From Podarcis liolepis (lineage: Eukaryota), in assembly GCA_965112155.1 (NCBI GenBank), contig OZ218102.1: 64,000 nt of DNA; one strand, 5' to 3'. Every line of letters begins with the position of its first letter. The first letter of the stretch is position 1. A model generated the notes under the pieces. The model was not told the DNA's origin and did not search any database. It saw nothing but the letters and a program-made list of their open reading frames with translations. Of this stretch, positions 12,335 to 25,804 are shown one piece after another. The position numbers and the translations under genes are program-made.

Positions 12335-12804
12335 GTGGTGTCTACTTGGAGACCTTGGTCATTACACACAATGTGAAACCATAAACATATGATGCAAAAC
12401 ACCAACACATGAGTCCTTCTGATTAAATACAAATAAATAGATCAAAAGGTTGATCTGAGAAACAGGGATAAAATAAGTGTGTTGTGTGTTTGTGTTAACC
12501 AGAAGACTGATGAACATGGCTCTGACTTCCGCCAGCAAATGCATTTGTGCCATCTGCAAGCTACAGGTCTTGCTTAATTTTTACCAGACTTTACTGTAAG
12601 GGACAGCCAATGTTCTGCCTTCCTGATGCTGTTGAGACTCCAACTTCGATCAGCCCCAGCCAACACTGTCAAAGAATGCAGTGTGTGAATTGCGAAGTGC
12701 AGAAAAAATGCACTAAGACTAAGGTCTACATTTGCTAAGTGCTGGTGCAAATGAAAGGAGGAAAAAAAGATGGTAACTGTATTGAAAGAGCCAAAAATAC
12801 ATTA

Positions 12805-13576
12805 CAGTGGTGCCTCGCAAGACGAAATTAATTCGTTCCGCAAGTTTTTTCTTCTTGCGAGTTTTTCATCTTGCGAAGCACGGTTTCCCATAGGAATGCA
12901 TTGAAAATCAATCAATACGTTCCTATGGAAACCGCCTTCAGACCAGGTCCGGGGACAGTCTGTCCCCCGACCTCTTCTGAAGGCTGGGGGGGGGGGACAC
13001 ACAAGGGCTTTTCTTCCCACCGCCAGCCTTCAGAAGGCTGTTCTGAAGGCTGGCGGTGGGAAGAAAAGCCCTTCTCCCCACCTCCCGCCCCGCAAGCTCC
13101 GGGGACAGGAAGGCTTTGCTGCCGACCGTCAGCATTTTAAAAGCCCCCGCTGTCCTGGGGCGATTTTAAAATGCTGGCAGGCGGCAGCGAAGCCTCCGCT
13201 GTCCCGGGGCGATTTTAAAATGCTGGCGGGTGGCAGCGAAGGCTTCGCTGCCGCCCGCCAGCATTTTAAGATCGCCCGGGACAGCGGAGAAGTCTCCGCT
13301 GTGCCGGGAAGGCAGGCGGGGGGAGCAAAGACTTTTGCCCCCCGCCGGCCTTCAGAAGAGGTCTGGGACCTCTTCTGAAGGCCGGCGGGGGGCAAAAGTC
13401 TTTGCTCCCGACCGCCAGCATTTTAAAAGAGGTCCCCGGAGATTTCCCTATGGGCTTTCTTCTTGCGAAGCAAGCCCATAGGGAAATTCGTCTTGCGGAA
13501 CGACTCAAAAACGGAAAACTCTTTCGTCTTGCGAGTTTTTCGTTTTGCGAGGCGTTCGTCTTGCGAGGCACCACTG
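12805..13576 (-). mobile_element. Tc1/mariner MITE, family A, long GC-rich multi-hairpin core
   Basis: TA TSD; TIR CAGTGGTGCCTCGCAAGACGAA at both ends; opposite orientation to the 4948 and 18648 copies. Confidence 0.92.
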
Positions 13577-14941
13577 TAACTAGAGCACAAAGCAAGTAGT
13601 AAGAATGAAGACCACTAGTCCATTCAAAGGTACAGTACTGAATTACAGCTGATCAGTACTAGAATTTGAATTTCCTGATATATGGCAGCTAAAAGCAGCT
13701 GTCTGTGATAAGCATGTATGTCATATGTATGTAAAGCCTTTCATTTACCCACACTTTCTCTCTAATAGTATGGACTGTGGTCTTGGTTAATGTTTAATTC
13801 CAAGATGGTTGCTATAGATATATAATTCTGGGTAGCACTGAATTGAGCTTCATTGTTTGTATGTTTCTTGGGATTACTTAAAGGAAAGCTTTGTGTAGTC
13901 TGAAAAAGAAATGTTCAACATAAAAATAGGTAACTAACTGCTTTGCAGAGTGTAAAACCAGTACGGTTCACACCCCTCAGTGGGCGATGGATAAACATCA
14001 TAAAAGTAAATAGAGTTTCCGAAATAAATGTCTCCTGCAAAATTTTGTGAACAGCCCACTCTTGTGTTGTCTTCTTTTGGAAAGTTATTCAGAAGAAATT
14101 GCATGTGGTGTTAACGATGTTTTGAGAAAATAGCTACACATTAACATTTATGCTAAATGTTTTAAACCAAACTGACTGGGTGTAGCCATTGAAAGATGTT
14201 GACTGGCTCCCCCTAGGATGTAGGATTATCTTAATTTCCTATTACATTTTATCCTTAATATAAATTGAATTGCAGGAATTTTCCCCACTTGTGAAGAAAT
14301 GCAGTGAGTGGTGGCATCCTGCTACAAGGAAACTAATGCTATTCTTAGCATGCTATGATGGGGGGGGGGTTGAGAAGATAGAAGCACAAAGAAATTAAGA
14401 TGGTTTTGAGGTTCTAAACACGCACACAAAACTGCTATTGACAAAACTTATTTTCTAAATGCTCATTTTTCTGTTGTGTTTCCTGCATTCCGAAATATGG
14501 AGCAAAAATGTAAGGACAAATCTTTTAGTTGTGTTTTTCAGTTCACCATTAATTGAGATAACTGGCTGTTGAAAAGTTATTCAGTGCAGGTAGGCATAGG
14601 ATAAGAAAATCTACGAGGAAAGAATCAGTAAAAAGAAACAGACATTGTGTAGAAGCATGCCATAGCATAATGATTGAAAAGAGATTTGACAGTCCTGGTT
14701 CAAAAAAGGCTCAGGGCTAATGGATGAGAGGAGTTAGGAAGACAAACAGGAAGCTGTATTGCACACCTGCAGAACAAGTGGGGCAGATTTCAGAAAGACG
14801 ACTAAATTATGCTATATAGGCTCCCTTCTTGCATGCTTCTGAACAGCAGAGCATCTGCTTTCATATGGGGGTGGGTGGGTCATTCTTCAGTGCACGTGTG
14901 TGAGTGTGGTTGCAATTTAGAATATCATATGCATGGGTAAA

Positions 14942-15301
14942 GGGACGTGGGTGGCGCTATGGGTTAAACCAGAGTCTAGGACTTGCCGATCAGAAGGTCG
15001 GTGGTTTGAATCCCCACGACGGGGTGAGCTCCCGTTGCTCGGTCCCTGCTCCTGCTAACCTAGCAGTTCAAAAGCACGTCAAAGTGCAAGTAGATAAATA
15101 GGTACCGCTCCGGCCGGAAGGTAAACGGTGTTTCTGTGCACTGCTCTGGTTCGCCAGAAGCGGCTTAGTCCTGCTGGCCACATGACCCAGAAGCTGTACG
15201 CTGGCTCCCTCGGCCAATAAAGCGAGATGAGCACCACAACCCCAGAGTCGGTCACGACTGGACCTAATGGTCAGAGGTCCCTTTACCTTTACCTTTACCT
15301 T
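14942..15301 (+). mobile_element. Full-length Sauria SINE
   Basis: tRNA-like head (TGGCGCTATGGG and GGTTTGAATCCC pol III boxes), characteristic body, (ACCTTT)n tail, 11-bp TSD TATGCATGGGT (14928-14938 and 15302-15312). Confidence 0.95.
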
Positions 15302-15689
15302 TATGCATGGGTGAGGTCAAATTGCAAGGGCCTGTACTGCTGAATGGCACGCTCCCAAGTGCGAGGAAAACAATTGGATGGAAAGTAATCGTGTGGTCAG
15401 CCACATGGTTGGAATATTGACTGTGTGGCAAAGTGATTCCACTAGCACAATGACTTTCAACTGTGTAATTGTACTTTCCTTCCCTGGGGACCCCCTGTAT
15501 CTGCTGTGGGTTTCCCCCTAACCCTCCAGAGCAGATTTGGGAAGGGGATGGGAGGGACATGGGGAGAGGAGAGAAGCACAAGTTCTATTGCACAAGTGAA
15601 ACTCCTTGTGGTAGTTGGAAACCGCCCAATGTCTCCAGAGGTTTACTATGCATAAATGGCTCTCACATTGTTTGGTGTCTGTGCATGCA

Positions 15690-15754
<65 letters not shown>
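15690..15754. repeat. (TG)n(AG)n compound microsatellite
   Basis: Direct reading. Confidence 0.95.
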
Positions 15755-15757
<3 letters not shown>

Positions 15758-18647
15758 TACTCTGATGACATACCAGGATTGTAAGAATGTTTTCAAAGAA
15801 CCACAATACTGTAAATTTAGTGCAATTGTTTTTGGAGGGTGGACCTTGTTAATATAAAGCCTCATGGCAGCTACTGAGAGCAGTTCTTTGCATAGTTCAG
15901 CAGAAACAGTCACAGCACAGCTTTGTGTTTGGTCTGGTGCATTTCATAATGCTTTTAAAATGGAGACAATACACACATGGTGGCATCAGGAGTTGCTGGA
16001 GCTCTAGTGTATATACAAAAGTCAAAGACAAGCATTATTGAATGCAAGTGGCTACAACCAAAAAACATCACCTTCCTCGTCTGAGCACAACCACTCCTTT
16101 GAAAAGTGTGTTAAAGTTGTAATCATTTTGTTTGGAGTTTTACCATATCCATTCCACTTCATTGGCTGCTTTTGCCTTGCATGCAAAGATATCACACGGT
16201 ATTTTTTTAAATTTTTATTACACATTACAGGGAAAGAGAGACTTAATTAACAATCCCAGTTTTAGGAAGGAGGCAAACTAATTTAGAAGGTAATGACACC
16301 CAGTGGGCTGGGGGTGGAGGAGACAAGGATGCAAAGCAAAGGAACTCGCATAGTGGGTTCAAGAATAAAATATGGAACCAGTGTAGCAAATACTGTGATG
16401 AGAGCCAATGTGCTGCAGTTGTTATGGTGCCTGTCTAGGACAGGGGAGCCAAAGCACCATAGAGAAGATAGAGACATCAAGTTCCTGTTTTTCTGCTAAA
16501 CTACTAAATCTTAGAAACAAAAAGAGTCATACTGGATAAAATATAAATATCACATCCTCTTATTAGATGAAGTGAAGTTGTGTCCATGTTATATATACGA
16601 TAAATACCAGTAGCCAATGAATTTCTTATTCCAAGGGTATTTCCTTCTCTCCTGTCACCCCAAATGTATCTGTTAATAAAGTCCTTCTGAGGCATGGGCC
16701 TCCATAAATTCCATTTTCAGGCCAATCTTCAATGGCCAGAAGCTCCCTGGAAATAGTTTGGCAGAAATATTTGGAGGCCAAGAGGCAGAGATGAGTCAGG
16801 CTGGTGAAGAAGCAAAGGTGTCTTCCCTCTCATGCTGCGACAAGCTCATCCCCGCCGGTCTCCCAGGACCAGGAGAGGCATGAAGCAGGAGGAGCAAAGG
16901 CAGGCACACCAGCATAGTCTCAGATTGTTTGGGAAAGACCTGGGACTTGGGTAGCTGTGGGAAGGCAAGGACCTTCAGTCTCCACAACTGCCTCATAGGG
17001 GCAAGACCTACAGAAGAAGAGTGGCTGTGGATTAGGCACTCCTGAGCAGATCCTGTTTCTTCTTCCTAAGAGTTAACTTCACTTACTCTGTGTGATTTAT
17101 TGCTGGTTCTCTCCTGACAGTTGTTCACACCCACAACAGAGTCAAATGCTTTCATTACATATTCAAAAAGTATGTGGCTGTTGGTCAATACTGAGGCGTA
17201 TGCACTAATACATGCAAAAGTTTTTCCAAGAACTGTCCTCCCTGCTCAGTTTTGTATCTCTCTAAAACTGTATTCTTTGCTATCGCTTCTCACAAATTAT
17301 ATATCTAAAAATAAAGTTTTAAAAAATCACTAGAAGGAATCCCCCACAGCCTATGCAGTAAAAGCAGTAAGAAGCAAGATTCTATCTCACCGTTTTAAGA
17401 TCTTATCCCTCTAAGCCATCATGCTGACTAAACCTCTATGCTTTGATCAATAGGGAGCTAAGTGGGAATTTTTTAAAAAAACAACCTGAAACACCCTTTA
17501 AGCAAAAAAATAAAGTTGCTTCTTTATTACACAGAGGCCTCTTTCCCTGGTACGTGAATAAAATAGATTTATTTTTTTTTACAGTTTTAACCTCACATGG
17601 CTCAGGATGGAAGATACAGATTCAGCAGGGACAAATAGTATCTCAGAAAGGGAAAGTTCAGAACACAAATCTTGAGTCTAAAATTAAATGAAGTATCTGA
17701 TTCCAATTGCTAATTGGGCATTGAAAACGTATGGCGTAGCATCACCTGACCCAGCAGCATAATAAAACGAGAATATGTTCAAAATATGTGGCTCAGAAGA
17801 TAAGCCCTGAATACATCTGTCATCCTTACCTGTTATTGTAAACTTCGTTCATGTAATGTGATTTATTATTCCTCTCTGATGCATCCTCACAACCACTCTG
17901 TAAGGATGATCAGCATTGGTCCATAGAAAGGATTCAGACAGAGCAATCTGGACAAAATGCCTTGGTGAAGAAAGAACTGAGCTGGTCTGAAGTCTGAGAC
18001 AAGTGCATACTTTCACTTATAGAGTGAATACAATTCCTGCTTCTTACACATTGGCTTCTGGAGGTCACCTTAGGCACAGTATCCTACTTCATATTAAATT
18101 CTGAATGCAGTGGAAAATACTGAGGGCACACAAGTCTCCCCCAATGCCACAATTGTTCAATAGATGGAAAGGTGGCTTGCCAAAAGTATTTATCAGCTCT
18201 TCCAAAGCAAACCATGACCGAGCTGCATCCATAACACCTGCTTAAACAGAAAACGATCCTTGGTGTGAGAATAGAACATGCTTTGTATCCAAAGTACTGA
18301 ATGGATTGTTTTAAGAACCAGTTAGCAAGCATGTTTATTTTGGAAAATGTATGAATTACAAAATAAGGAATCCATCTTTGACACAAACATAGGGTGGGAA
18401 CTCATTTTTAATGTTGGTATGGTGGCTGAACTGTTGCTCAATCCATTTTAGGCAAGGTTGAACTTTCTACCTTCAAAAACATGGGAAACATTAAAAAGAA
18501 TTGAAAAGGAATAACTGGGCAGTTTAGCATTTTACATACTTATATATATGTGGCTGTCCTGGTCATGCTACTTCTCATTTTCAAGGATGACAGATTACAT
18601 AGTAAGATGTTATTCATCATTGACTATATAAAATATAGAGAAATATA

Positions 18648-19007
18648 CAGTGGTGCCCCGCAAGACGAATGCCTCGCAAGACGAAAAACCCGCTAGACGA
18701 AAGGGTTTTCCGTTTTTCGATGCGCTTCGCAAGACGAATTTCCCTATGGGCTTGCTTCGCAAGACGAAAACGTCTTGCGAGTCTTGCGATTTTTTTCGCT
18801 TCCCCCCTTTTTTTAAGCCGCTAAGCCGCTAATAGCCTTTTAGCCGCTAAGCCGCTAAGCCACTAAGCCACTAAGCCTTTAATAGCTGCTAAACCGCTAA
18901 TAGCGCTAATCCACTAAGCCGCTAATAGGGTTGCTTCACAATACGAAAAAACCGCTAGACGAAGAGACTCGCGGAACGGATTATTTTCGTCTTGCGAGGC
19001 ACCACTG
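18648..19007 (+). mobile_element. Tc1/mariner MITE, family A, (GCCGCTAA)n core
   Basis: TA TSD; same TIR and subterminal motifs as the 4948 copy; degenerate 8-mer tandem array at about 18815-18927. Confidence 0.92.
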
Positions 19008-20716
19008 TATAGATTCTGCAATGAGGCAAAGGGCCAGATCCTTAATACTTTGAGAACCTTATTCACAAAACACATTTCATAGATGTTTAAAATGGACTTT
19101 CTCCATCAAGTGCTGCTGGACTATTTGTGAAATACCACTGAAGATGTAGTGTGTGAACAAAAATTAAGCCTGTCCAAGGTCTAAACAGTACATGTTTATT
19201 ACGAGTGCTTAAAAAAACCCACACTTGACACTCTCTCCTGAAAGCGTACTGGATTTACACAGTTAATAGGCAAACCCCCAGAACTAAGAGTGTGTTTACT
19301 TGAGAAGGATAAACAGTGACCCCCAAACACAAAGATCTTTTTACACAAACTAGGAAGCAAATGGTTTAAAAGCATTAAGACCTCAATGTGTTCCATACCA
19401 CTGTGTTTCAAGTCATCAATCTTATATAATCTTATATACATATGAAGCAAAGAAGTGCTAAAAAAGGTCCATTTAAAAGGCAAGTCTTTCCAGGTGTACC
19501 ACCCATTTGCTAGACCTAAATGAAGTGAAGAAACAGCCTCTGTGTATATACATAATGCCATTAGTAGCAATCTATCATGTCTTTTTAAAGAGCTATACAG
19601 CTCTTTATTAAATTGCCTATAAACTCTTAAGAGCTGTTAGCTCAGCATCACTATATACATTAAATTGTTACAACCGGCTTTTTAAGAGATCTTAGTTATA
19701 ATTCTCACTTATTCCTTTGCTGTACCTGATTCATAACCAGCTTCTAATAACAGCATTTACTCAGTACTTTTAATCAGTTTTGCTTTTCATGCTAGAAAAC
19801 AGTGATTTTCTCCAACCAAAAATAGATCCAATGTTTGAACAACATTTTTATATAGCCTCCCAAAAAGTATTTCAAAACAGTTGATATCCTAACTTGCTGC
19901 TAAGAGCACAGAGATGAAAGGCAAAAGATGGAATTAGATATAAAGGTAACAATCAGACCAAATACTTTATCATTATCCCATCAACTTAAGCTAGTGATTA
20001 TGTTTCTTCTTCCCCTCAATAATCAGCCGTTCCAGCCTGAAATCTTATGTGATCTTTCTTCATCTCTATTTCATAAATATTCCCTAATTTGTCCCATTTG
20101 CTTTTTAAAAAAATGTTGTCTGGTGTGTTTATAACCAGCCCCACGTTCAGTCTATGACCACCTTCCTTTATAATAGCTATAAATAAAACGAGCTGTGCTA
20201 AAACAACATTAATAGTATGTATTTAGGGTCATGAATGCCAGACAACAACAGAACAAAACTGTCTCAGAAACAGGGAGCCATACCATTTCCTTAAATCACC
20301 TCACACTGTCTAATTAGACAAAGTATTTAGGACCACTTTATACTTAAATTAGTTTCCATGGTGGAAAAGTTGTGACAGAAGAATTATGCATGTTGTTACA
20401 TATGAAGGAAGTGGCAAATGTTTTCCTTGGTGAGCACAAAGTGTGGGAGGCTGCTGTGTGCATCGACCGCTTGGCAAGTGGATCCCCAGCTCAGCACACA
20501 CTTGTGGTGTCTTTCCATACATTAAATAAATGTGTGGAGTTTCTTTTCTTTTTCCCAGCAATTAACCCTCTTGTTAGAAAAGACAATGCTTGAAATACTC
20601 AAGAGGGGTTTTTTCATGTAATTGCCATCTCACAAAAAGGATTAATTTATTAAAAATATTTGTATCTCAGCCTTTTGTCCACCATCTATCCAGGTCTTGC
20701 TGATGCATGCCACTTA

Positions 20717-20874
20717 CCGTATTTTTCCATGTATAAGACTAGGTGTGTGTTGTTTTTTTACCAAAAATTAGGTTTAAAATTGGGACTTGTCTTATACACG
20801 GGTAGTGCTGAGGAGTGTTTTCTTAATTTGGAGTCCCCCCCAAAAGGAGGCGTCTTATACACGGAAAAATATGG
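20717..20874. mobile_element. Tc1/mariner-type MITE with CCGTATTT termini
   Basis: TA|CCGTATTTTTCCATGTATAAGAC...GTCTTATACACGGAAAAATATGG|TA. Confidence 0.85.
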
Positions 20875-21659
20875 TACATTTCTTCACCCAGGACTTAATC
20901 CAGGACTTCTTGTTCACCATACTAGCATGCACAAACAGCAATTTTATATTATATGAAATTCTGGAAGAGAAACTAGAGACTGCTCTATCTTCTCCTACCA
21001 AGAAGACTCCCAATCTTATTTTTATTTATAAAATTTATATTCTTCCCTTCACTATTACAAAAAAGCAATCTTAGTGTAGGTTATAAGATACCAAAATATG
21101 CACAACACCAATCAATTAAAAATCTACAATTACAAACAGCAATTAAATCTACAGATGCCTCTATCTGTTACAGGCTGTGGATGGCTGCGGTTTGCTAACT
21201 CAGAAGGCCTAGCAGAAACCGGCACAGAAAACTAAAAAGTGCCAGCCTGATGGGGGAGAGTCTGAAGTGTGCCACTGAACAAGACTTATTTCGGCTTTCA
21301 CAACACAGGATTATGCTTGGCAATTGTGTAACCTAAATGGGAACAAAGCCAAAACCAAGAAAGATGTATATAGCTCCACCTCAAAAACCAAAAAACCAAA
21401 CAAACCCCTAAAGAGCTAAATATTTCAAATGTTGTAAGCATAATTATTTAGAAACAAATGCCTTGACACATGGAGTATAGGCAACATAAACAAATGTTGA
21501 TACATAGTAAGCAGTGGTGTATAACAAAAAGCAAAGGCATTTTGACCAAATATATTTGAATCACTGGTTTTTGTCAGGAGTAGAACAGAGTTAAGTGCAG
21601 GTTCACACAGATACATATGAAGAAGGTAAATCAAAGTAAACCAAATCAGGAGCAGAACA

Positions 21660-21850
21660 GGACACAAACAGGAGCTCCGTCAGTTGGCTCAGCCCTAAGT
21701 CACTAAGACTTAATACATCAAAACCAGCACCTTGAAATGAGCCTGGTAGCCAATAAGCAACCAGTGCAGATCTTGAAAGACCAGTGTTATATGTTACACC
21801 AGTCGACAACATAGCAGCTGCATTTTGCACTGCCTACAATCACTGAACTG
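21660..21850 (-). mobile_element. L2 LINE fragment
   Basis: Degenerate L2 ORF2 C-terminal motifs (QNAAA..L; LHWLP-like). Confidence 0.55.
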
Positions 21851-22416
21851 TGATGAGTATCTATGGGGTTCTGAAGAATAAGGAGGCTGCTAAAATGGTC
21901 AAACCAGTTCTTTAGTTAAGTAAATAGCCCCTGCTGGGTCTGTTAAGGATTTACTTTGTAAAATGAAGTAGAGTAGTGGTGCGAAACCTCCAGTCCAGGT
22001 CTACAAGGCCTCTGCATTTGGCCTCTGCGAAGACATTGTGATCAGACTATGCCCACCTGCCATTCACCTAACACCAGGCACAGGATAGTTATGGTTATTC
22101 TAATGCTATGACTGGAAAGAATCTCTCTTTAAGAGAAAAGGGCAGGAGAGGACTCTCTGATTGGAAACTACCCCTCTGCCTACTCTTTGACAGTAAAAGA
22201 TAGGATTTCTCCTCACTCCCACTCCAGCATTGAGGTGGGAGTGGGTGAAAACGCTGTATGTTATTCTTAAGGAGCAGGTAGTCTTTATCTCTGGTCTTAG
22301 CACTGTGGTGATTAGCGCTAAGATGGAAGATAAAAGATTTCTCTGCATTCTAAACAGCAAACAAAGAAAAGCGAGCAGAAGGGGACATGTCTCCCCCAAT
22401 GGAAGTGATGTCATCA

Positions 22417-22419
<3 letters not shown>

Positions 22420-22485
<66 letters not shown>

Positions 22486-22491
22486 TGTGTG
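22420..22491. repeat. (CT)n(GT)n compound microsatellite
   Basis: Direct reading. Confidence 0.95.
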
Positions 22492-22780
22492 AAGCAATTC
22501 AGGCATCAAACTGGGGCTGAAAGAAACACAGAGGCCTGACTTGCTTTCTGTGAGAATCCAGATCTAGAATCTGACAGAATGTTGCTGCTGTGAGTCTGCA
22601 GTGACCTTCATTCCAAGAAAATCTAACCAAAGGTATGTCTTTGAATCGCTGAAACCTCACACCTCTCAGAGACTGGGGTACACGCACACACAAGAGATAC
22701 ACGCACATGAGATATAATAACATAATAATTCAGAAGCTTAATATTTTATCATTCTTCAAGTGAACTGCTGGATATACATC

Positions 22781-22970
22781 AAGCCTGCCATGTGGGAATC
22801 CCCTGCAGACGACCACAGTGCCTGAGACAGCCAGTCAGGTTGCGTATTCCCAGCAGTGACCAGAGGAGGAGTGACCGCTGGGAGGAGTGCAGAGAGCAGA
22901 AACACCATGGTGCACCTATAGCAGCAAAACCAGATGCCTTCATCTGCCCTACCTGTAACAAAACCTGTCT
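22781..22970 (+). mobile_element. RTE LINE ORF C-terminal fragment
   Basis: Translation ...RRSDRWEECREQK...DAFICPTCNKTCL resembles the RTE C-terminal Cys-finger region. Confidence 0.6.
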
Positions 22971-25275
22971 CAAATATGTTGCCTTAAAATATTAATGCAA
23001 GCAGTTGCTTAATATGTTTTCATTCTTCAAGTGACCTGCTACATATACCCTCCAAAAACACTGTAATATTTAGGGAATTTAGTTTAATATATATTGTTAG
23101 ATGTTTGGATATGAACTCAGAAATACCATTTGTTTGGCTCTGTGACCCTATATGAAATTCTCTTGTGGAAGATGGCTGAACCTATACCTTATACTTTTCA
23201 CTCTTTTGATTTGGGCATATTACACCTTCTGCTTCAACACTGAGATCACTGTGGTACCTTCCAACTACATGTTTTCTATTAATCTGACTCTTTTCCAATA
23301 CTGACACTCTCAAGCCTCTTCCATAATGACAGATAGTGTATCTCTTTCCCAGAATTTTCAGCTGAATCCAAGACAAATTACCACTTCAAGATCCCTGAGC
23401 TACAGGTTGATCTTTCATTAGTTTCATACTGAGTCAGCAAACTGGCTTTTGTTCTAGGGCAGCAGTTATCAGTGCTTTTATAATTTGTTTATCCGGGACA
23501 TGTTCAACTCTAAGGCAGCATCTGGTTTTCAGGGAGGTCCTGCTTTTGTTACCCAATTTTCCAGCTGGATTGAGAGAGGCACAAGAAAGTCAAGTGACTT
23601 GCCCGGGGTCATGTAGTGTCAGTGGCTTGGAACAGATTGTCACCCATGATCCTCCTGGCCTTCAATCCATATGGCCTCTACAGTATAGTTCTGCACTGGA
23701 GACAAATTGTCTTGTCATACAAATCTTAAAGTGATATTAAACACTCTCAGTAGATTTGTACACAGGACCTGTACCTACTCACTGCCTATGCTTTTTATCA
23801 TAAATTGTTCTTCTTTGTTCATAATGTTACAAATTACCTAGGTACATTTTTGATAGGTATCTCTAGTCCCTCCGCACTCCCTACCCACTCAACAAAAGAT
23901 GGAAATCTGACAGTTTACTGGGTGTTTTCTTTAACTTTGTGTTCACTAAGGCATCAATCCTAAACCAAAAAGTTCCTGTGAATTCAATGAAGCTTATTCC
24001 CAATTAAGTATCCTTAGGATTGCAGTCTAAGAATTTAAACTCAGTATCTTGAATATATGTTGCAGCTATGGGATGTAAAAGGTTCTGCAGGAAAGAACCC
24101 TTTTCTACAAGAACTCCAAAACCAATAATCCATAGAGACCAAACAACAACATGCATTTAATATCATGGCGCCACCTCTCAATGTTGTTTCACAATATACT
24201 TTGTTTTCTTTTGGGAATATCCAAAATATAAATCCACAAAACACTGTGTACAACATTAGGTCCTCTATGGACTACAAACCACTGTCTGGAAATTAAATCT
24301 ATATCCAGCACTTAGACATTTTGCATCTCTGTTTATGTTGTGCAACTATCACATAATTTAGTTGGTTTTGGCAATCTGTGGTACATAATCATGCACTGAC
24401 AGGTGAAGGGCTAACAGATCATACAGATCCATTATTTATTTTATTTTTATCCTGTCCTTCCTTCTAAGAGATTCGAGTGGCATTTTAGCCTTACCACATC
24501 CCTATATTAGGTTAGGCTGAGAGATAAATAGCTGTCTAAACCCACTCTGAGCTTCATAGATGAACATGACTTTGTACGTGAGCTTCTCATAAGCAGTGCT
24601 CTAGTTAGACCTTGCTTCATTAGAATACAGAGACACCTCCCCATTTTAATGTAAAACTCTTTGGGTGCACTTTATGCCCCACCCATGGGCCTCCAGTTAG
24701 TTGCTGGCAGCTTGGAGATATTCAACATTAGCTGGTGCTGCAATATTAACTGAGATTTCTCTGAAGTACTAAGCTGTAACTAAAATGCCATGAGCAGCAC
24801 TGTTTCAGTTCTCGTACATTTTATGTAAGATTCTATTACAATTGCTTCAAAACACCACAAACTGTATCTCTTTAATGACTGTATGTATATCTGACTTTTC
24901 CAAAGCAGGTATGATGTGGCATATGCATGATTAGATCTACCATTTTTTAAAGCCCTTAAATGTATCCATGGAGTAGGGGCTGAACTGAGGATGTTGAGCC
25001 TCCTCCCCAATTTCCACTGCAGGTACCATTTCCCGAGCTGAAATGACTGTTCCAAGTTACTGAGGGGGTAATATTGGGTGGTACTCAACTTACTTTTAAT
25101 CAGGGTAAGGTAAAGTAAGTCAGGATTCTTATTCTATCATTGCAGAGTGGGAGGAAGAGAGGCTAAGAGAAAGGCCATCCAGTGAGTTCATAGCAGAAGA
25201 GCTTCCTGAGTCATAGCTCATTCTCCTTAGGCCAGCTCTCTCATCTGCAATGGCAACTAAATAAAAAGTGCTTTA

Positions 25276-25431
25276 AAGGTAAAAGGTAAAGGTACCCCTG
25301 CCCTTACGGGCCGGTCGTGTCCGACTCTAGGGTTGTGCGCCCATCTCACTTAAGAGGCCGGGGGCCTGCGCTGTCCGGAGACACTTCCGGGTCACGTGGC
25401 CAACGTGACGAAGCTGCTCTGGCGAGCCAGC
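25276..25431 (-). mobile_element. 5'-truncated Sauria SINE
   Basis: (AAAGGT)n tail on +; Sauria-type body; perfect 12-bp TSD AAAAGTGCTTTA (25264-25275 and 25432-25443). Confidence 0.9.
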
Positions 25432-25649
25432 AAAAGTGCTTTAGAGAAAATCAAATAACTTATTTTAAATGTGGGTAGTTAATTAAAAATGGCAGGCTTT
25501 CTGCAAATGTATGCATGATGACGATGACATCGGAAGCTCACCGTATGTCCTTAAGTGTGGGAATCTTTAACTACTTAAGCATTCAGGATGCTTACTTGAG
25601 CTCCCCTCGGCATCTGCCACAATTTTTTTTAAAAAAATCCCTGTGCCTG

Positions 25650-25804
25650 ACAGGGTAGTGGTAGACTCTCCTTCCTTGGAAGTTTTTAAACGGAGGTTGG
25701 ATGGCCATCTGTCATGTAAAATCTAGTTGCGATTTCTGCACTGCAGGGGTTGGACTAGATGACCCTAGGGTCCCTCCCAACTCTGCAATTCTACCATTCT
25801 ATGA
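25650..25804 (+). mobile_element. CR1 LINE 3' end
   Basis: ggggttggactagatgacc...ccaactctgcaattctaccattctatga. Confidence 0.85.

Noticed and set aside
12802-13599. Cluster of overlapping ORFs, or a CpG-island promoter
   Set aside because: Lies entirely inside a TIR-bounded MITE; the ORFs reflect GC-rich repeats.
18815-18927. CRISPR-like or telomere-like array
   Set aside because: Degenerate 8-mer tandem repeat with no unique spacers and no TTAGGG; eukaryotic context.
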